Shown: positions 1 to 14,019, numbered from the stretch's first letter. The stretch: 64,000 nucleotides of DNA from Octopus vulgaris (GCA_951406725.2 OX597820.1:44392001-44456000), one strand, 5' to 3'. Numbers and translations are program-made. Notes: generated by a model not told the origin, from the letters alone.

Positions 1-95
1 CCCGAAAAAATGAAAGGGAAATTCGGCCTCGACAGAAACTGAACTCAGAACGTAAAGACGGGTGAAATGCCGTTAAACAATTTGCCTTCTCGCCA
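1..95 (-). mobile_element. tRNA-derived SINE family A, degenerate 5' part, cut by window edge
   Basis: Reverse complement resembles the family-A head and B-box (GTTCTGAGTTCAAATTCC) seen better preserved at 26329 and 50460. Confidence 0.7.
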
Positions 96-289
96 TCTTA
101 ATTTCGATTGAGGAATCGATAAAAAGTTTCCCTACATATAGAAACATTACCAATTTTGGCGGTTCACAGTAGAATTTCAAGGGTAAAAATCCTTTATAAA
201 AAAGATTAAACCCAAACATTGTCATGTCTTTAAAATAAATGTGTATAAAAGGAAAGCGCTTTCTTATTTAGATATACACATATTTACAC

Positions 290-741
290 AAACGCACACA
301 TACATGCATACATACACTTAAACATGTGTGCATACGTGTGTGTACGTATGTGTGTGCTCGTGTATGTATGTGTGTGTGTGCGCGTGTATGTATGTGCGAA
401 TGTTCATGTGTGTGTGTGTATGTGTGTGTGTGAGTGAGTGTGTGTGAGTGTGTGTATAAAGGTTCATTCCATGAGTAAGCACAGTTCAGTTGATCGAATT
501 ACTCATCATTAAAGCCGACGGGGATCCATTTTTACCGTATGTTTCCACATACATACTTACATACATGCATATATATATATATATATACTTATATACATAC
601 GTATATATATATATATATATATATATACATACGTATGTACGTACATACATACATAAATACATATACACACATACATAAATACCTACATACATATACATAC
701 TTACATATATATATATATATATATATATGTTTGTATGTTTG

Positions 742-798
<57 letters not shown>

Positions 799-880
799 AT
801 ACATATATACATATAAATACATACATGCATACATACACGTGTGCATTGCGTGCGCATGCGCGCGCGCGTGTGTGTGTGCC
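290..880. repeat. compound (TG)n/(TA)n/(CATA)n microsatellite
   Basis: Directly visible; the overlapping YI-repeat ORFs are artefacts. Confidence 0.95.
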
Positions 881-1524
881 ATTTTATTAGTTATATTGCT
901 GTTGTTGTTGCTTCTGTTTTTGTCATTGCCACCGTTGCTATCACAGCCATTTCTGTCGCCATCGTAACTGCTGGTTACTGCTGCTGCTGTGCTGGCTGTT
1001 ACTGCTGCTACTGCTGCTGCTGCTGCCGTTGCTGCTGTTACTGCAGCTGAGTGTCGTCGTCACTAATACAGTTGACGGTGGTGGCGCTGCTGCTGCTTGT
1101 GTTGCTGCTGCTGCTGCTGTTATTCCATCAATCTGTAGTTCATTTAAAAGCTAGTCAACATTCTTACAAAGACCTGTTCCAGACCTAGCATGGTTCCTGA
1201 GAAATTGAAAGACTCACCTTTGACTCGCCAGCCTCAAATATCTACTGCCACAGGCTTGACTCCACCCACCCGTCCACCACTTTGCCTCTCCCTTTCTCTC
1301 TCTCTCTCTCTTTCTCTCCCTCTCCCCCCTCTCTCTCTCTCTCTCTCTCTCTCCCGATCTCTCCTTCCTTCGTTGGAGCGAGCTCATTTCTGTATACCTC
1401 CGGCTATAAGGGCCCGAAAGGGAATGGTGTGTTTGTGAAGGACATGCGCAGAGACAGAGACAGACAGGCAGACAGGCAGTTAGACAGGCAGGAAGGCAGA
1501 CAGACAGGGACGATGCTGGCATTG

Positions 1525-2253
1525 CCGGTGGTGGTAGTGTTGGTGGTGGTGGTGGTGGTGGTGGTGGCGTATTGATAGCGATGTATTCGAGGCGATGGCG
1601 ATGGTGGTATTAGCTATGTAATTGTTGTCGTTTGTGGATAGGGGTAATTCTGCTGATGGCAGTGGTGGTGTTGAAGTGGTGGTGGTGGTGGTGGTTGTGG
1701 TTGTGGTGGTGGTGGTTTTGGTAATGGTGGTGGTGGTGATGGTTTTGGTGATGATGCTGGTGATAATGGTATCGGTAGTGGTTGTGGTGGTGGTGGTGGT
1801 TTTGGTGCTGATGCTGGTGATAATGGTATAGGTGGTGGTTTTGGTGCTGATGCTGGTGATAATGGTATCGGTAGTGGTTGTGGTGGTGGTGGTGGTGGTG
1901 GTTTTGGTAATGGTTGTGGTGGTGATGGTTTTGGTGCTGATGGTGATGGTGATGGTGGTGGTGGTGATGGTTTTGGTGGTGGTGGTGGTGGTGGTGATGG
2001 TTTTGGTGCTGATGCTGGTGATAATGGTATAGGTGGTGGTTGTGGTGGTGATGGTGGTGGTTGTAGTGATGGTTGTGATGGTATTAGCGATGTAATTGTT
2101 GTCGTGTGTGAGGTAGATAAGGTTTGTGTGATATTTGTGGTGGCGATGGCAATGATGATGGTAGTGGTGGCGGTTGCTGCGAGTGTGGTGATGGTAGTGG
2201 TGGCGGTGGCTGCGAGTGGTGGTGGTGGTGGTGGTGGTGCTAGCGGCAGTGTA

Positions 2254-2294
<41 letters not shown>

Positions 2295-2614
2295 ATTGGT
2301 AATAGTGGCCGCAGTATTAATGTAACGCGGTACTGGTAATGATTACGGTGAAGCGGTGAGGTGGCACTTGGTGGCGGAGGCGGGGCGTTAGAACGGTACC
2401 GGGTTGGGGCACACGGTGGAAGGAAGGGCTTGTTATGGTGGTTGTGTTTCTCATAATGGAAATGGAGGAAATAATGTTGGTTCCAGCACCGCCAATGGTT
2501 CTGCTAATAATTGGTGGTGTTTGTTATGATGAGGGAAGTTGTCGATGCTGATGCAGTGTTAGTGTGGTGCTTTTGTAGTGGTTACTTAGTGATTGTGTAG
2601 TAGTAGTAGTAGTG

Positions 2615-2647
<33 letters not shown>

Positions 2648-2855
2648 ACAGTATCAGCAGCGGCTGTGGTAGTAGTAGTAGTGGTAGTAGTAGTTGTAGG
2701 AGGAGAAGGAGGAGAAGGAGGGGCAGCAGCAGCAGTGACAGAGGCTTCAGTAATAGCAGCAGTAGTAGTTGTAGTTTTAGTGGCGGTAGTAGTAATAGTA
2801 ATCGCAGCAGTAGTAGAAGCAGCAGCAGCAATAGTAATTGTTTAGTAGTAGTAAT

Positions 2856-2935
<80 letters not shown>

Positions 2936-2942
2936 CAGTAGC

Positions 2943-3012
<70 letters not shown>

Positions 3013-3015
3013 TAG
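1525..3015. repeat. degenerate trinucleotide repeat field (GGT/GAT, then AGT/AGC)
   Basis: Directly visible; poly-V and poly-S ORFs are read-throughs. Confidence 0.9.
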
Positions 3016-3312
3016 AGTCTGCATCGGACTGCGTTGTGGTGGCATATTAGTATAATGCTGTGCAACGATTGTGAAGTGGAAGTGTAGTAGTAGTGTAGCA
3101 GAAGTACTGTGTAGTGTAATTGAAGTGTAACGATAGTCAACTTATAGAATAGCAGTAGTGCATGTAGTGAGTTGAAAAAGTATCCGATAACCGTGGATAA
3201 TCTATGCGTCCATCATATAATGAACCTTATCTAATATACCAACAAACATCCTTTGAAAGCTTCTGCCGGGTTACACAACTTAGACCCTCCCTTATGCTAT
3301 CTACAAAGTAAT

Positions 3313-3483
3313 CTCTTACTCTTTACTCTATTACTTGTTTCAGCAAATCGACCCCCGGGACTTATTCTCTGTAAGCCCAGTACTTATTCTATCGGTCTCT
3401 TTTGCCGAACCGCTAAGTTACGGGGACGTAAACACACCAGCATCGGTTGTCAAGTGATGTTGGGGTGACAAACAGACACACAA

Positions 3484-3563
<80 letters not shown>

Positions 3564-3726
3564 GACCGGCTTCTTTGAGTTTCCGTCTACCAAATCCACA
3601 CACAAGGCTTTGGTTGGCCCGAGACTATAGTAGAAGACACTTGCCCAAGATGCCAAGCAGTAGGACTGAACCCGGAACCATGTGGTTGGTAAGCAAGCTA
3701 CTTACCACATAGCCACTCCTGCGCCT
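3313..3726 (-). mobile_element. tRNA-derived SINE family B with internal (TA)n(TG)n
   Basis: Head GGCGCAGGAGTGGCT..TGG (A-box), GGTTCAGTCC (B-box), CTTGGGCAAGTG central motif; at least eight copies in window. Confidence 0.9.
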
Positions 3727-3825
3727 AATCTATGTATTTTATATTGAGAAGAATTTTTAGTTTATAGGTTCTCCACTCGTGGCATTCTATGTCATATAGC
3801 AAGAAATGTTGGAATAAGAAGCAAT

Positions 3826-4035
3826 ACATGAGGTACGTCCAAGAAGTATCCGGCTTTATCTTTTTTTCACCAAAACTATTGCGGTGTGGACAAAATCCTT
3901 TGGGTGAAAGGGGACGCCACTATTCCTGTCCATGCGTGAAAATTTTCGCGCCGGTAAGCGGCGTCAGTTCCTGGCTGTTACGCCTTGAGTACATGCATGT
4001 AGTGCGTGCCCGTCGGAATTTCGTTTTCATTTGTT
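3826..4035 (+). mobile_element. possible mariner-type left end / MITE fragment
   Basis: TACATGAGGTACGTCCAAGAAGTATCCGG resembles mariner TIR starts; no partner TIR found. Confidence 0.3.
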
Positions 4036-4299
4036 GGTGGTATACAGTGCCTCCGCGTAGATTCATTAATTGACCTGCTAATTTTGTTGCTATTACCGAA
4101 AGTGCTAACGATCCTAACAGCTCATTGCCTTACGCGATGTGAATAAGAATAATATTTCTTTATACTACAGAAGGCATGAATTTGGGGAAAGGTCTCTGAT
4201 CGATTACATCGACCCCAGTGATTGACTGGTACTTTATTTTATCGATGCTGAAAGGCAAAGTTGGTATCGAGGAAGAAATAATATTTGTAAGAAAAATAT

Positions 4300-4459
4300 G
4301 AGTGGCTGTGTGGTAAGTAGCTTGCTTACAAACCACATGGTTCCGGGTTCAGTCCCACTGCGTGGAACCTTGGGCAAGTGTCTTCTACTATAGCCTCGGG
4401 CCGACCAAAGCCTTGTGAGTGGATTTGGTAGACGGAAACTGAAAGAAGCCATTTGTATG

Positions 4460-4505
<46 letters not shown>

Positions 4506-4722
4506 TATATGTTTCTGTGTCTGTGTTAGTCCCCCCCAACATCGCTTGACAACCGATGCTGGTGTGTTTACGTCCCCGTAACTTAGCGGTTCAGCAAAGA
4601 GACCGATAGAATAAGTACTAGGCTTACAAAGAATAAGCCCTAGGGTCGAATTGCTCGACTAAAGGCGGTGCTCCAGCATGGCCACAGTCAAATGACTAAA
4701 ACACGTAAAAGAGTAAAAGAGT
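4300..4722 (+). mobile_element. SINE family B, near full length
   Basis: Same sequence as other copies; ends GGCGGTGCTCCAGCATGGCC...GTAAAAGAGTAAAAGAG. Confidence 0.92.
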
Positions 4723-4749
4723 ATTACCATTGTTATCCAAAGTCATTAT

Positions 4750-4925
4750 TTTATTTTTAGTTTTTTATTTATATCTAGTTTCAGCTCACGAGCTGTGGCT
4801 ATGCTGGGGCACCGCCATTTGGTGTTGCTACATGATTTTACTTCACGAATGCTTTTTAACAATTGCCATTTAGTGCATAAGAGAGTTTGATGCAGCTGCC
4901 CTCATCTGCACCTCCTTGTTTGTCA
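4750..4925 (-). mobile_element. extreme 3' end of a CR1-group LINE
   Basis: Minus strand encodes QEVQMRAAASNSLMH (cf. QEMQMRVAISNSILH at ~9370), followed by tail GGCGGTGCCCCAGCATAGCCACAG. Confidence 0.8.
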
Positions 4926-5026
4926 GATGCTTAGAGGAGACTTAGTCTCTTAAGGTAGCTAGAGTTTGAGAGTTTATGTTGGCATAATGGACACAACTAG
5001 TACATAAAAACCTGTGTAAGATGTTA

Positions 5027-5421
5027 GGAGTGGCTGTGTAGTAAGTAGCTTGTTTACCAACCGCATGGTTCCGGGTTCAGTCCCACTGCGTGGAACCTTG
5101 GACAAAAGCGTTCTACTATAGCCTCGGGCCGACCAAAGCCTTGTGAGTGAATTTGGTAGACGGAAACTGAAAGAAGCCCGTCGTATATATGTATATATGT
5201 ATATATGCGTGTGTGTGTTTGTGTGTTTGTGTTTGTCCCCCTAGCATTGCTTGACAACCGACGCTGGTGTGTTTATGTCCCCGTTACTTAGCGGTTCGGC
5301 AAAATAGACCGATAGAATAAGTACTGGGCTTACAAAAGAATAAGTCCCGGGGTCGAGTTGCTCGATTATAGGCGGTGCTCCAATTGGCCGCAGTCAAGTG
5401 ACTGAAACAAGTAAAAGAGTA
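5027..5421 (+). mobile_element. SINE family B
   Basis: Aligns along its length to the 4300-4722 copy. Confidence 0.92.
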
Positions 5422-6128
5422 ACCTTACTTCAGGTAATAAATTTTATAAGCCCATTTACTTTGAGGTGAATTCTAACATTTTCGGTAAGGCTCTTCTTCA
5501 GAGGTCATAGAAGAAATGTGAGTCTTTATTTAATTAAGTTTTACATATTAAAGAGAAAATTCTCGTTGCATTATTGTTGTTCTGCTAAGTACTAAGGATA
5601 GAGATTAATATTCACACTTTACATGAATGCTATTAATGAAATTTAAACTCAGATAGCGATTCTTCATTATTTACTACTGAATCTTAAGAGGTTGATTTTA
5701 ACATCTTAATAAGTTGGGTTAATGTAAAACAAATATTAAGCGACCGGTGTTTGATCGGTGAATTAGCAGTCATTAGTTACTAACTAATTAATAATCAATA
5801 ACTTCTGCAAGTAAATTGCGATATTTTCTATTTTATTCTCAAGTATACTGGACGCATTATTCAGCAACACTTTAAGAGATCTGTATACAAGAACCGTTGT
5901 GAGTAATATTTTTATGACCTCCACAGCAAAAGTGCTTGTCCTCAATGTTCACTACAGCGTTGTCTTAAAACATCTCAATGCCTTCATTTTAAATTAAATT
6001 TATTGATAATACGTTATAAACTGAAAACTTTTTGATATCCTTTTATTCTTTACTGGTTACAGTTAGAAGTCTGCGGCCATACTGAAGCCATTCCTTTTCA
6101 GGGATATATATCACGTTATCGCACCCAG

Positions 6129-6208
<80 letters not shown>

Positions 6209-6693
6209 CAAAAATAAGACAAGAACGCAAAACATCCAAACACCTAAGTGATACAAAAAAGTGTTTGGAAGTAATGCTTTACGGCAGGGACTTAAGGTAT
6301 AAGATTTGACGAAAATATTATAATTTAAGGTTTATTAACACCTTTATTACAAAAAATTGATAAACCCAAATTGAGGAGCTTAAAACCCAGTGTTGTCTCC
6401 CCTTACTCACAGGAACTAGACAACTACTTCCTGTTTTGACGTTCACATAACAGACATCCTTAATTTAATTAAATTAAACAGCACATGGATTTAATCACAT
6501 GGATCTCAATCCGCCAAGGTAATTTTTTCAAGAACTATCATTAAACTCGAGATACACAAAGACTTTACAATGTATCGGAACACCAATTTTTTAATTTTTG
6601 TACATTTTTATTATTATTTTTTTGCAAAAAATAAATGTAATTTTCTTTTTCCCCCTCCTCAAACATAAACAAAATTTTTTCTTTCGACCTTAC

Positions 6694-6735
6694 AATTCTT
6701 GAAAAGTCACACTGTGACGAAAACCGGTTTGAATT
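6694..6735 (+). ncRNA. degenerate type I hammerhead-like motif
   Basis: AATTC-ttgaaaa-GTCAC act GTGAC-GAAA-ACCGGT-tt-GAATT: all three stems present, core differs from CTGANGA at 2 positions. Confidence 0.4.
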
Positions 6736-6837
6736 AATATATATATATTTAATTAATTTTTCAAAATTTTCCATACACCCATTTTCATTAAAATTTTCCT
6801 TCAATTTAGCATTCTGCCTTTTTATAATTTTTTCTTG

Positions 6838-7471
<634 letters not shown>

Positions 7472-7472
<1 letters not shown>

Positions 7473-9500
7473 CAAAAGTAGCGAAACGTCCCGCCTAAAA
7501 ACAACACTGATGAAAATCGAAAAAAGGCTGCAACAATCCTATATGAGGGAGAAAGCAGACAAATAACCCTGGGTTATAAAAAACATTAAATCAAACCCAA
7601 AGGCCTTTTTTCATTACGCAAACGAAACAGTGTCAGTACACTACAAAATAGGACCCCTCCTCCAAAAGGATGGCTCCCTCACAGACAGTCTAACTAAGAT
7701 CAGTGAGATGCTGAATGACCAGTTCAAAAGTGTCTTTACCACCCCGTTGGAACACAGACAATTGAACGAACCAGTGGACTTCTTTGCCGCCTCACCTATA
7801 ACCAGCGAGGCAGTTACAATAGAATGTATTGACATTAGCGAAGATGTCCTACTAGCCATAGATGAAGTGGACACAAACTCAACTGCTGGTCCAGATGGTT
7901 TCCCAGCAATCCTCCTCAAAGCGTGTATGCATGCCCTGGCAAAACCCCTCAAGATTCTCTTCCAGAGCTTTCTTGCGAATGACAAACTGCCAAGCAAGCT
8001 GAAGGAGGGAATAATATGCCCAATACATAAAGGGGGAAGTAGAGCAGATGCCAAAAACTATAGGCCTATCTCTCTGACTTCACACATCAGCAAAGTCATG
8101 GAACGGATAGTCAGAAAGAAACTAATCGCATTCCTTGAGGAAAATAACTTGCTGAGTGATACCCAGCATGGTTTTCGACCAGGTATGAGCTGCCTGACCC
8201 AGCTCTTACAACATTATGACTGGGTGTTGAGGCAGTTACTCAACAAATCAAATGTGGACGTAATCTACCTTGATTTTGCAAAAGCTTTTGACAAGGTGGA
8301 TCATGGTATGATATGCCACAAACTGCGTGACCTCGGCATAGCTGGAAAACTTGGAGTGCGGTTACATAACTTACCTGAAAGATAGGAGTCAGGCAGTAGT
8401 GGTTAATGGAGCCACCTCTATGAACACACAAATAGTGAGCGGTGTTCCACAGGGCACTGTCTTGGGACTACTGCTTTTTATAGTGGCCCTCTCAGATATG
8501 CCCTCAAATGCCCGTATAGCCACTCTGGCAAGCTATGCAGACGATACGAAAGTCTCGCAGAAAATACAGAACCCCAGCGATGTTGCACACCTGCAGCAGG
8601 AGTTGGACTCAATCTACAGATGGGCTGAGGATAATAATATGCAGTTTAATGCTGAAAAATTCCAGACCCTGCGCTACCAGCATCCAAAACTGAATATTAA
8701 ACTTACAGGATACACCGGTCCACAGGGAATTTCAATCCCAGAGCCTAAGTCTGTGAGGGACCTGGGTATCGACATGAGTGATGATACCTCTTTCCAAGTG
8801 CACATTACCAGGATGGCGACAAAGTGCAGACGACTGGCTGGATGGATCCTAAGAACATTCAGAACCAGAGATAAGGAAACCATGATGGTCCTCTGGCGGA
8901 CATTCGTCCTCAGCCGCCTGGATTACTGCTCACAGCTATGGTCACCCACCAGTGTAAAATTAACAGCGGACCTTGAAGCAATCCAGAGAAGATTCACAAA
9001 GAAGATCGTCTCTTTGCAACAGCTCAGCTACTGGGAAAGGTTGAAACAGCTAAGACTCTACTCCCTGGAGAGAAGACGGGAGAGGTATGCAGTAATATAT
9101 GTCTGGAAGATCCTGGAAGGAATTGTGCCAAATTTTGGTATTGTAAGCTACACCAATGCTAGAACGGGACGATACTGCATAGTACCAAAGATCCCAGCAA
9201 TGCCATCACGCTTCAGGACCAGCTTCTGCAACAGCCTGGGTTTCAAGGGCCCACAGCTTTTTAATATTCTCCCAAATAGTCTGAGGAACTTGCACAAGGT
9301 AGATGTAGGGGTTTTTAAATCAAAGCTGGACATCTTCCTGTCGAGAGTCCCAGATGAACCTACCTCACGGCAAGAGATGCAAATGAGAGTAGCTATATCA
9401 AACTCCATTCTTCACCAAGTACCACATATTAGAGGAGGTTCTTCGTAATAACAGTGTAGCACAAAACGGCGGTGCATCAGCATGGCCGCAGCACTGAACA
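7472..9500 (+). mobile_element. 5'-truncated CR1-group non-LTR retrotransposon (LINE)
   Basis: RT motifs NYRPISLTS, QHGFRPG, YLDFAKAFDKVDH, GVPQGTVLG, YADDTK; C-terminal YWERLKQLRLYSLERRRERY; no endonuclease domain; short 3' tail. Confidence 0.95.
7630..9448 (+). pseudogene. LINE ORF2 reverse transcriptase with one frameshift near 8351-8385
   Basis: ORFs 7630-8385 and 8351-9448 join into one continuous RT and C-terminal domain. Confidence 0.92.
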
Positions 9501-9710
9501 TACGTACTAATACATACTAGTACATGTGTAATACTTACACCAACCCTATACATACACACGTCCAGACCCCGCATACGCACTTATACTCTCTACACACACA
9601 CACACACACACCTATACATACCAATACGTATAATATACTATATACATATATATATACACCAACCCCATACATACGCACGTCCAGACCAATCCCACGCACT
9701 GATACTCTCT

Positions 9711-9745
<35 letters not shown>

Positions 9746-9964
9746 ATACATACTAATACATACACCAACCCTATACATACACATCCAGACCCCTCCCACG
9801 CACTTTTAGCTGGTCCCTCAACCCTATTATCTCCCCTTATTTCGCTCTCGCGTCTCATGTTTGATCTTTGACCTCTGGCCGAAATCAGATCGCCATGTTG
9901 ATTCGTTAGCTACTGCACGCATTTTTTTCTCTCCTTCTTTCTGTGTTTTTCTCTCTCTGTGTAT

Positions 9965-10000
9965 CTTTCTGTTGAAGAGCGTAGGCTCGAAACGTTAAAG
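9965..10000 (+). ncRNA. minimal type I hammerhead motif in a non-coding Penelope-like repeat (~9840-10098)
   Basis: CTTT-CTGTTGA-aGAGC gtag GCTC-GAAACG-TT-AAAG; palindromic stem III; A6 is T; element ends in (TA)n. Confidence 0.55.
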
Positions 10001-10097
10001 ACTTGTTTTATTTATATTTCCTGAGCGCCATACTAATACAATTGTTCGTTTGTTTTCCACCTGCCTTCGTCTTTTGTTTATTTTCATAAAGCCTCCC

Positions 10098-10169
<72 letters not shown>

Positions 10170-10244
10170 GTATATACTTTGATACTTTGATAGGTTTCGG
10201 CCATTATTGGCCCAGGCCATGTCTAACTTAATAGCACCACCTGG

Positions 10245-10245
<1 letters not shown>

Positions 10246-10283
<38 letters not shown>

Positions 10284-10297
10284 TTATATATATATAC

Positions 10298-10341
<44 letters not shown>

Positions 10342-10651
10342 GTGTGTATATATATATATATTATATATATATAAATGTATGTATATATACATATGTGTGT
10401 GTATATATATATATATATATCATATATATATACATATGTGTATATATATATATATATATATACATATGTGTATATATATACACACATATATATATATATA
10501 ATACATATATATATACACACATATGTATATATATATATACATATATATATATATACATATGTGTGTGTATATATACATACATATATATACATATGTGTAT
10601 ATATATATATACACATATGTGTATATATATATATATATACACATATGTGTG

Positions 10652-10683
<32 letters not shown>

Positions 10684-10781
10684 CATGTGTGTATATATAT
10701 ATACATATATATACACACACATATGTATATATATATATGCACACATATGTATGTATATATATGTGTATATATATATATATA

Positions 10782-10840
<59 letters not shown>

Positions 10841-10985
10841 GTATATATATATACATATGTATATACGAAAGTAGCGAAACGTCCCGCCTAAAAATACGCT
10901 GATGAAGATCGAAAAAAGGCTGCAACAATCCTATGTGAGGGAGAAAGCAGACGAAGAAGCCTGGGTTATAAAAAACATTAAATCA
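10246..10985 (+). repeat. duplicate of the microsatellite plus LINE 5' junction at 6841-7594
   Basis: 10857-10985 matches 7463-7594 (AAAGTAGCGAAACGTCCCGCCTAAAA...AAACATTAAATCAA), with a similar compound TA tract in front. Confidence 0.9.
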
Positions 10986-11062
<77 letters not shown>

Positions 11063-11064
<2 letters not shown>

Positions 11065-11292
11065 CTTTTCAACAGGCTCAATAAGACTGGAATTTTGGAA
11101 TATGGGCATAAAAATCAGTAGTATGGGATACATGTGGCACGATTACAATTTTTTTTGGGGGGGGGTGTAAAGAGGGAAATAACCCTTACCTGCAATTCGA
11201 AACAGATATTCCACTTCATTACAGAAAATATAACAGAAAAGACTAATTCTTCAATTGTTTGTAACACGGGCAACGCCGGATATCTCTGCTAG
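11063..11292 (+). mobile_element. non-autonomous Helitron 3' end
   Basis: Subterminal GC-rich hairpin CGGGCAACGCCGG, then CTAG at 11289-11292 followed by T; 5' boundary uncertain. Confidence 0.6.
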
Positions 11293-11841
11293 TCAATGAT
11301 AAAAAGAAAGCTACCATTAGGTGAAACAGTAGGGCAGCATTTTTTCAACTAGGATTCTGGTGTTACCCAGAACCTTAAGATACCGTGAGTATTTACTAGG
11401 GTTACACAATAAATAGTGATAAATAATTTTATTGTAAAAAAAAAATCATGTTGACTCGTTTTTTGTTTTTAATTCTATATTCATAATTTTATTATACACG
11501 TACGGTATATTCCTTAAGATATAAAAATTTTGACGCTGTAGCAAAGAGGTTCGCCTGGAAAAAATGCCCTCTTAATAGAAAATTTTAAAGAATTTCGGTC
11601 CTAAAAAGGTTTTCGTTAATACGAAATTTCTTTTAGATTCTTTGTAATATCTGGTGGATTTAGCACTTCTGAACCTATAAAAGCAGTTAAAAATATGCTT
11701 TTATCACTTATTAAATTGGACTTTCTATGAAAGTTAAAGAAAAAAGGGAAAAGGTATCAATGATTCAGTGGTAAAATGCCCACTTACCGCAAGGAGCGAC
11801 CAGCGTTTGTTTCGCGGGCGATGCACATGTAACTTGTTTTT

Positions 11842-12237
11842 GAGGCGTATGCATGGATGCGTGGTTAAACAACGACGTGCTTTCAGGCTCAGTGCCCCTA
11901 CACTGTGTCTTGAGAAAGTGTTTCCTACTATGGCCCCGGGCCAACCAATTCCTTGTGAGTTAAGTTTACTGGTGGAAACTTTGAGGAAATCCGTCGCGCG
12001 CGCGTATGTGTGTGTGTGCGTGCGCGTGTCTTTGTGCTCGTCCTCTACCAACACTTTACACCGGTCTTGGTTCACGATCCCGCAACTTGACGGTTCGGTA
12101 AAAATGACCGATAGAATAAGTACCACACTTAGAAAATAAATGACCACTGAGTCGATTTGTTTGGCTAAACTCTACAAAACGGTACTCCAGCATGGCTGCA
12201 GTCCGAAGACTGAAACAAGTAAAATATAAAAGAAAAG
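11842..12237 (+). mobile_element. SINE family B, diverged
   Basis: Recognisable body and tail (ACCGATAGAATAAGTAC, CCAGCATGGCTGCAGTC, GACTGAAACAAGTAAAA). Confidence 0.8.
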
Positions 12238-12277
12238 ATCATATGTTAGGTTTCCCAGAGATATGGACTGTATTTTA

Positions 12278-12502
12278 AAGGGTAACATTTATCTCCACAA
12301 ACGTGGATGTTCTGTCAAAACAAACTACACTGCAGTAGATACAATGAGAGAGCCTCACATTTTGCCTTTTAATGCAAAATGCACTCTTGTGGTAGATAGA
12401 TGCACCAAAAGCTAATGTGAGAGTTTCTCTAATGGTACCTACAGTAGTATAGTTTGTTCTAATAGAACATCCATGTTTAAGTGGAGATAAATATTACCTC
12501 TT
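12278..12502. mobile_element. foldback MITE with ~100-bp imperfect inverted arms
   Basis: AAGGGTAACATTTATCTCCAC... is the inverted repeat of ...GTGGAGATAAATATTACCTCTT. Confidence 0.75.
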
Positions 12503-12782
12503 GGTATTAATGCTGTATTTATATAAAAAATATATGTATTTTTAACAAGCTCACTGGCTAGTCGCGACACCAGCGCCCGTTATGGCACCGTTATTTTTGT
12601 ATCGCTGACGGTGAGAAGAATTGCTGCTATCTCTGGCGGTGGGGTCGAGCGTCCAACATTCACAAGACCAAGGAAAATTGGAATCACGTGATCTGGCTGT
12701 CTCGGTGCTGGAAGTAGTAGGGATTGGCTTTTGCACTAAAAGCTAATATGAGAGTTCCTCTCAGGACATCTACCGCAGTATA

Positions 12783-13865
12783 CACAGACATGGTAGAAGT
12801 AAATAGACACTCCATAAAACATCACCTTATGTAAAGGTTTATATTTTTTATTAATTGACAATTTTATGTTTCAGGTTATATATGTGACTGTTTAATCATG
12901 CCAAATACAAAAGAAGCCTTGAAACTGTCTGAATTTCAAAGAGACCGTATGATGGTGGTAGTCTGAAAGGACCCTTCTCTTCGATGAGAGAAGTGTGGAA
13001 GATAATCCTCGTTGCAAGGCCTCTGACACAGCAGAACAAGTTGATGTCAGTCCTAGAACAGCTGTCAGGTATCTCCACAAACTTGGTTACTATGGCAGAG
13101 CAGCGAGAAGGAAACCACTTCTTCGACCAGCCAACATCAAACAGAGAAAAGATTGAGCCAGTGAGATGGTGGAGAGGCCACTAGCATTTTGAGACATTGT
13201 CATATTCTCTGATGAGTCCAGATTTGCTGCATTTCCTGACAGTGGTCGACTGTGGGTCTGGAGACTGTGATCAAGAATTTGATATGAAAAAATTGCAGCC
13301 AACAATGAAACACGGCAGTTATTCTATGATGGTCTAGGGAGCAATTTGGGGCAATGGTAGATCAGAGGGAAACATAAACTCAGATAAATATGCATCCATA
13401 TTGCAGAAAGGATTCCTTCCAAACTTCTCCAGTGGTGAAATGATTAAAGAAGACTATCTATGGAAGATGGGGCTAATTGTCACACGGCTAAAATGACCCG
13501 AGATTTGTTGAATGAGAATGGGATTAAAAAGCTTCCATGGCCAAGCCAGTCACCAGATATGGACCCTATTGAACACCTCTGAGACATAATGGACTGGACA
13601 CTTCATAAAAAGAACAAGAAAGCATCTTCAAAGCCAAATCTTTTGACATTACTTCATAAAACTTGGCAAGAAATTCCGCAAGAGAATATTCGTCATTTGA
13701 TCAGTAACATGCTTAATACGATCCTTGCATTGAAAAATGTAAATGGTAAATCTACTAAATATTAAATATTCCCATTATAAAAATTATTTTTAAAAAAATT
13801 GAATGTATAATTTAAATAAATTTTAATGATTATAATGTTGTCTATTTACTTCTGTCATGCCTGTG
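12783..13865 (+). mobile_element. Tc1-family DNA transposon with decayed transposase
   Basis: 27-bp TIRs CACAG(A/G)CATG..AGAAGTAAATAGACA with TA on both sides; remnants [33 protein letters not shown]. Confidence 0.92.
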
Positions 13866-14019
13866 TAACTTATTTTTGAGGCGTATGCATGGATGCGTGG
13901 TTAAACAACGACGTGCTTTCAGGCTCAGTGCCCCTACATCCATGTTTAAGTGGAGATAAATATTACCTCTTTCTATTAATATTGCCTGTCCTGTTTTTGT
14001 TACCATTTTTACCCCGCCG

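Noticed and set aside
939-960. TATCACAGCCATTT matches the 5' part of miR-2/miR-13
   Set aside because: No complementary arm upstream; lies in a degenerate trinucleotide tract
1210-1290. Perfect minus-strand splice donor AAG|GTGAGT at 1218/1217
   Set aside because: No acceptor or credible frame upstream; a single 9-mer is expected by chance
3768-3832. Possible exon between TTTATAG and GAG|GTACGT
   Set aside because: The donor overlaps a mariner-like end and no phase-linked neighbouring exon was found
5585-5594. CTAAGTACTA resembles the start of miR-252
   Set aside because: Only 10 nt match and no hairpin
7507-7522. CTGATGA..GAAA hammerhead-like core (also at ~10899)
   Set aside because: No stems I or III; it is LINE coding sequence (LMKIEK)
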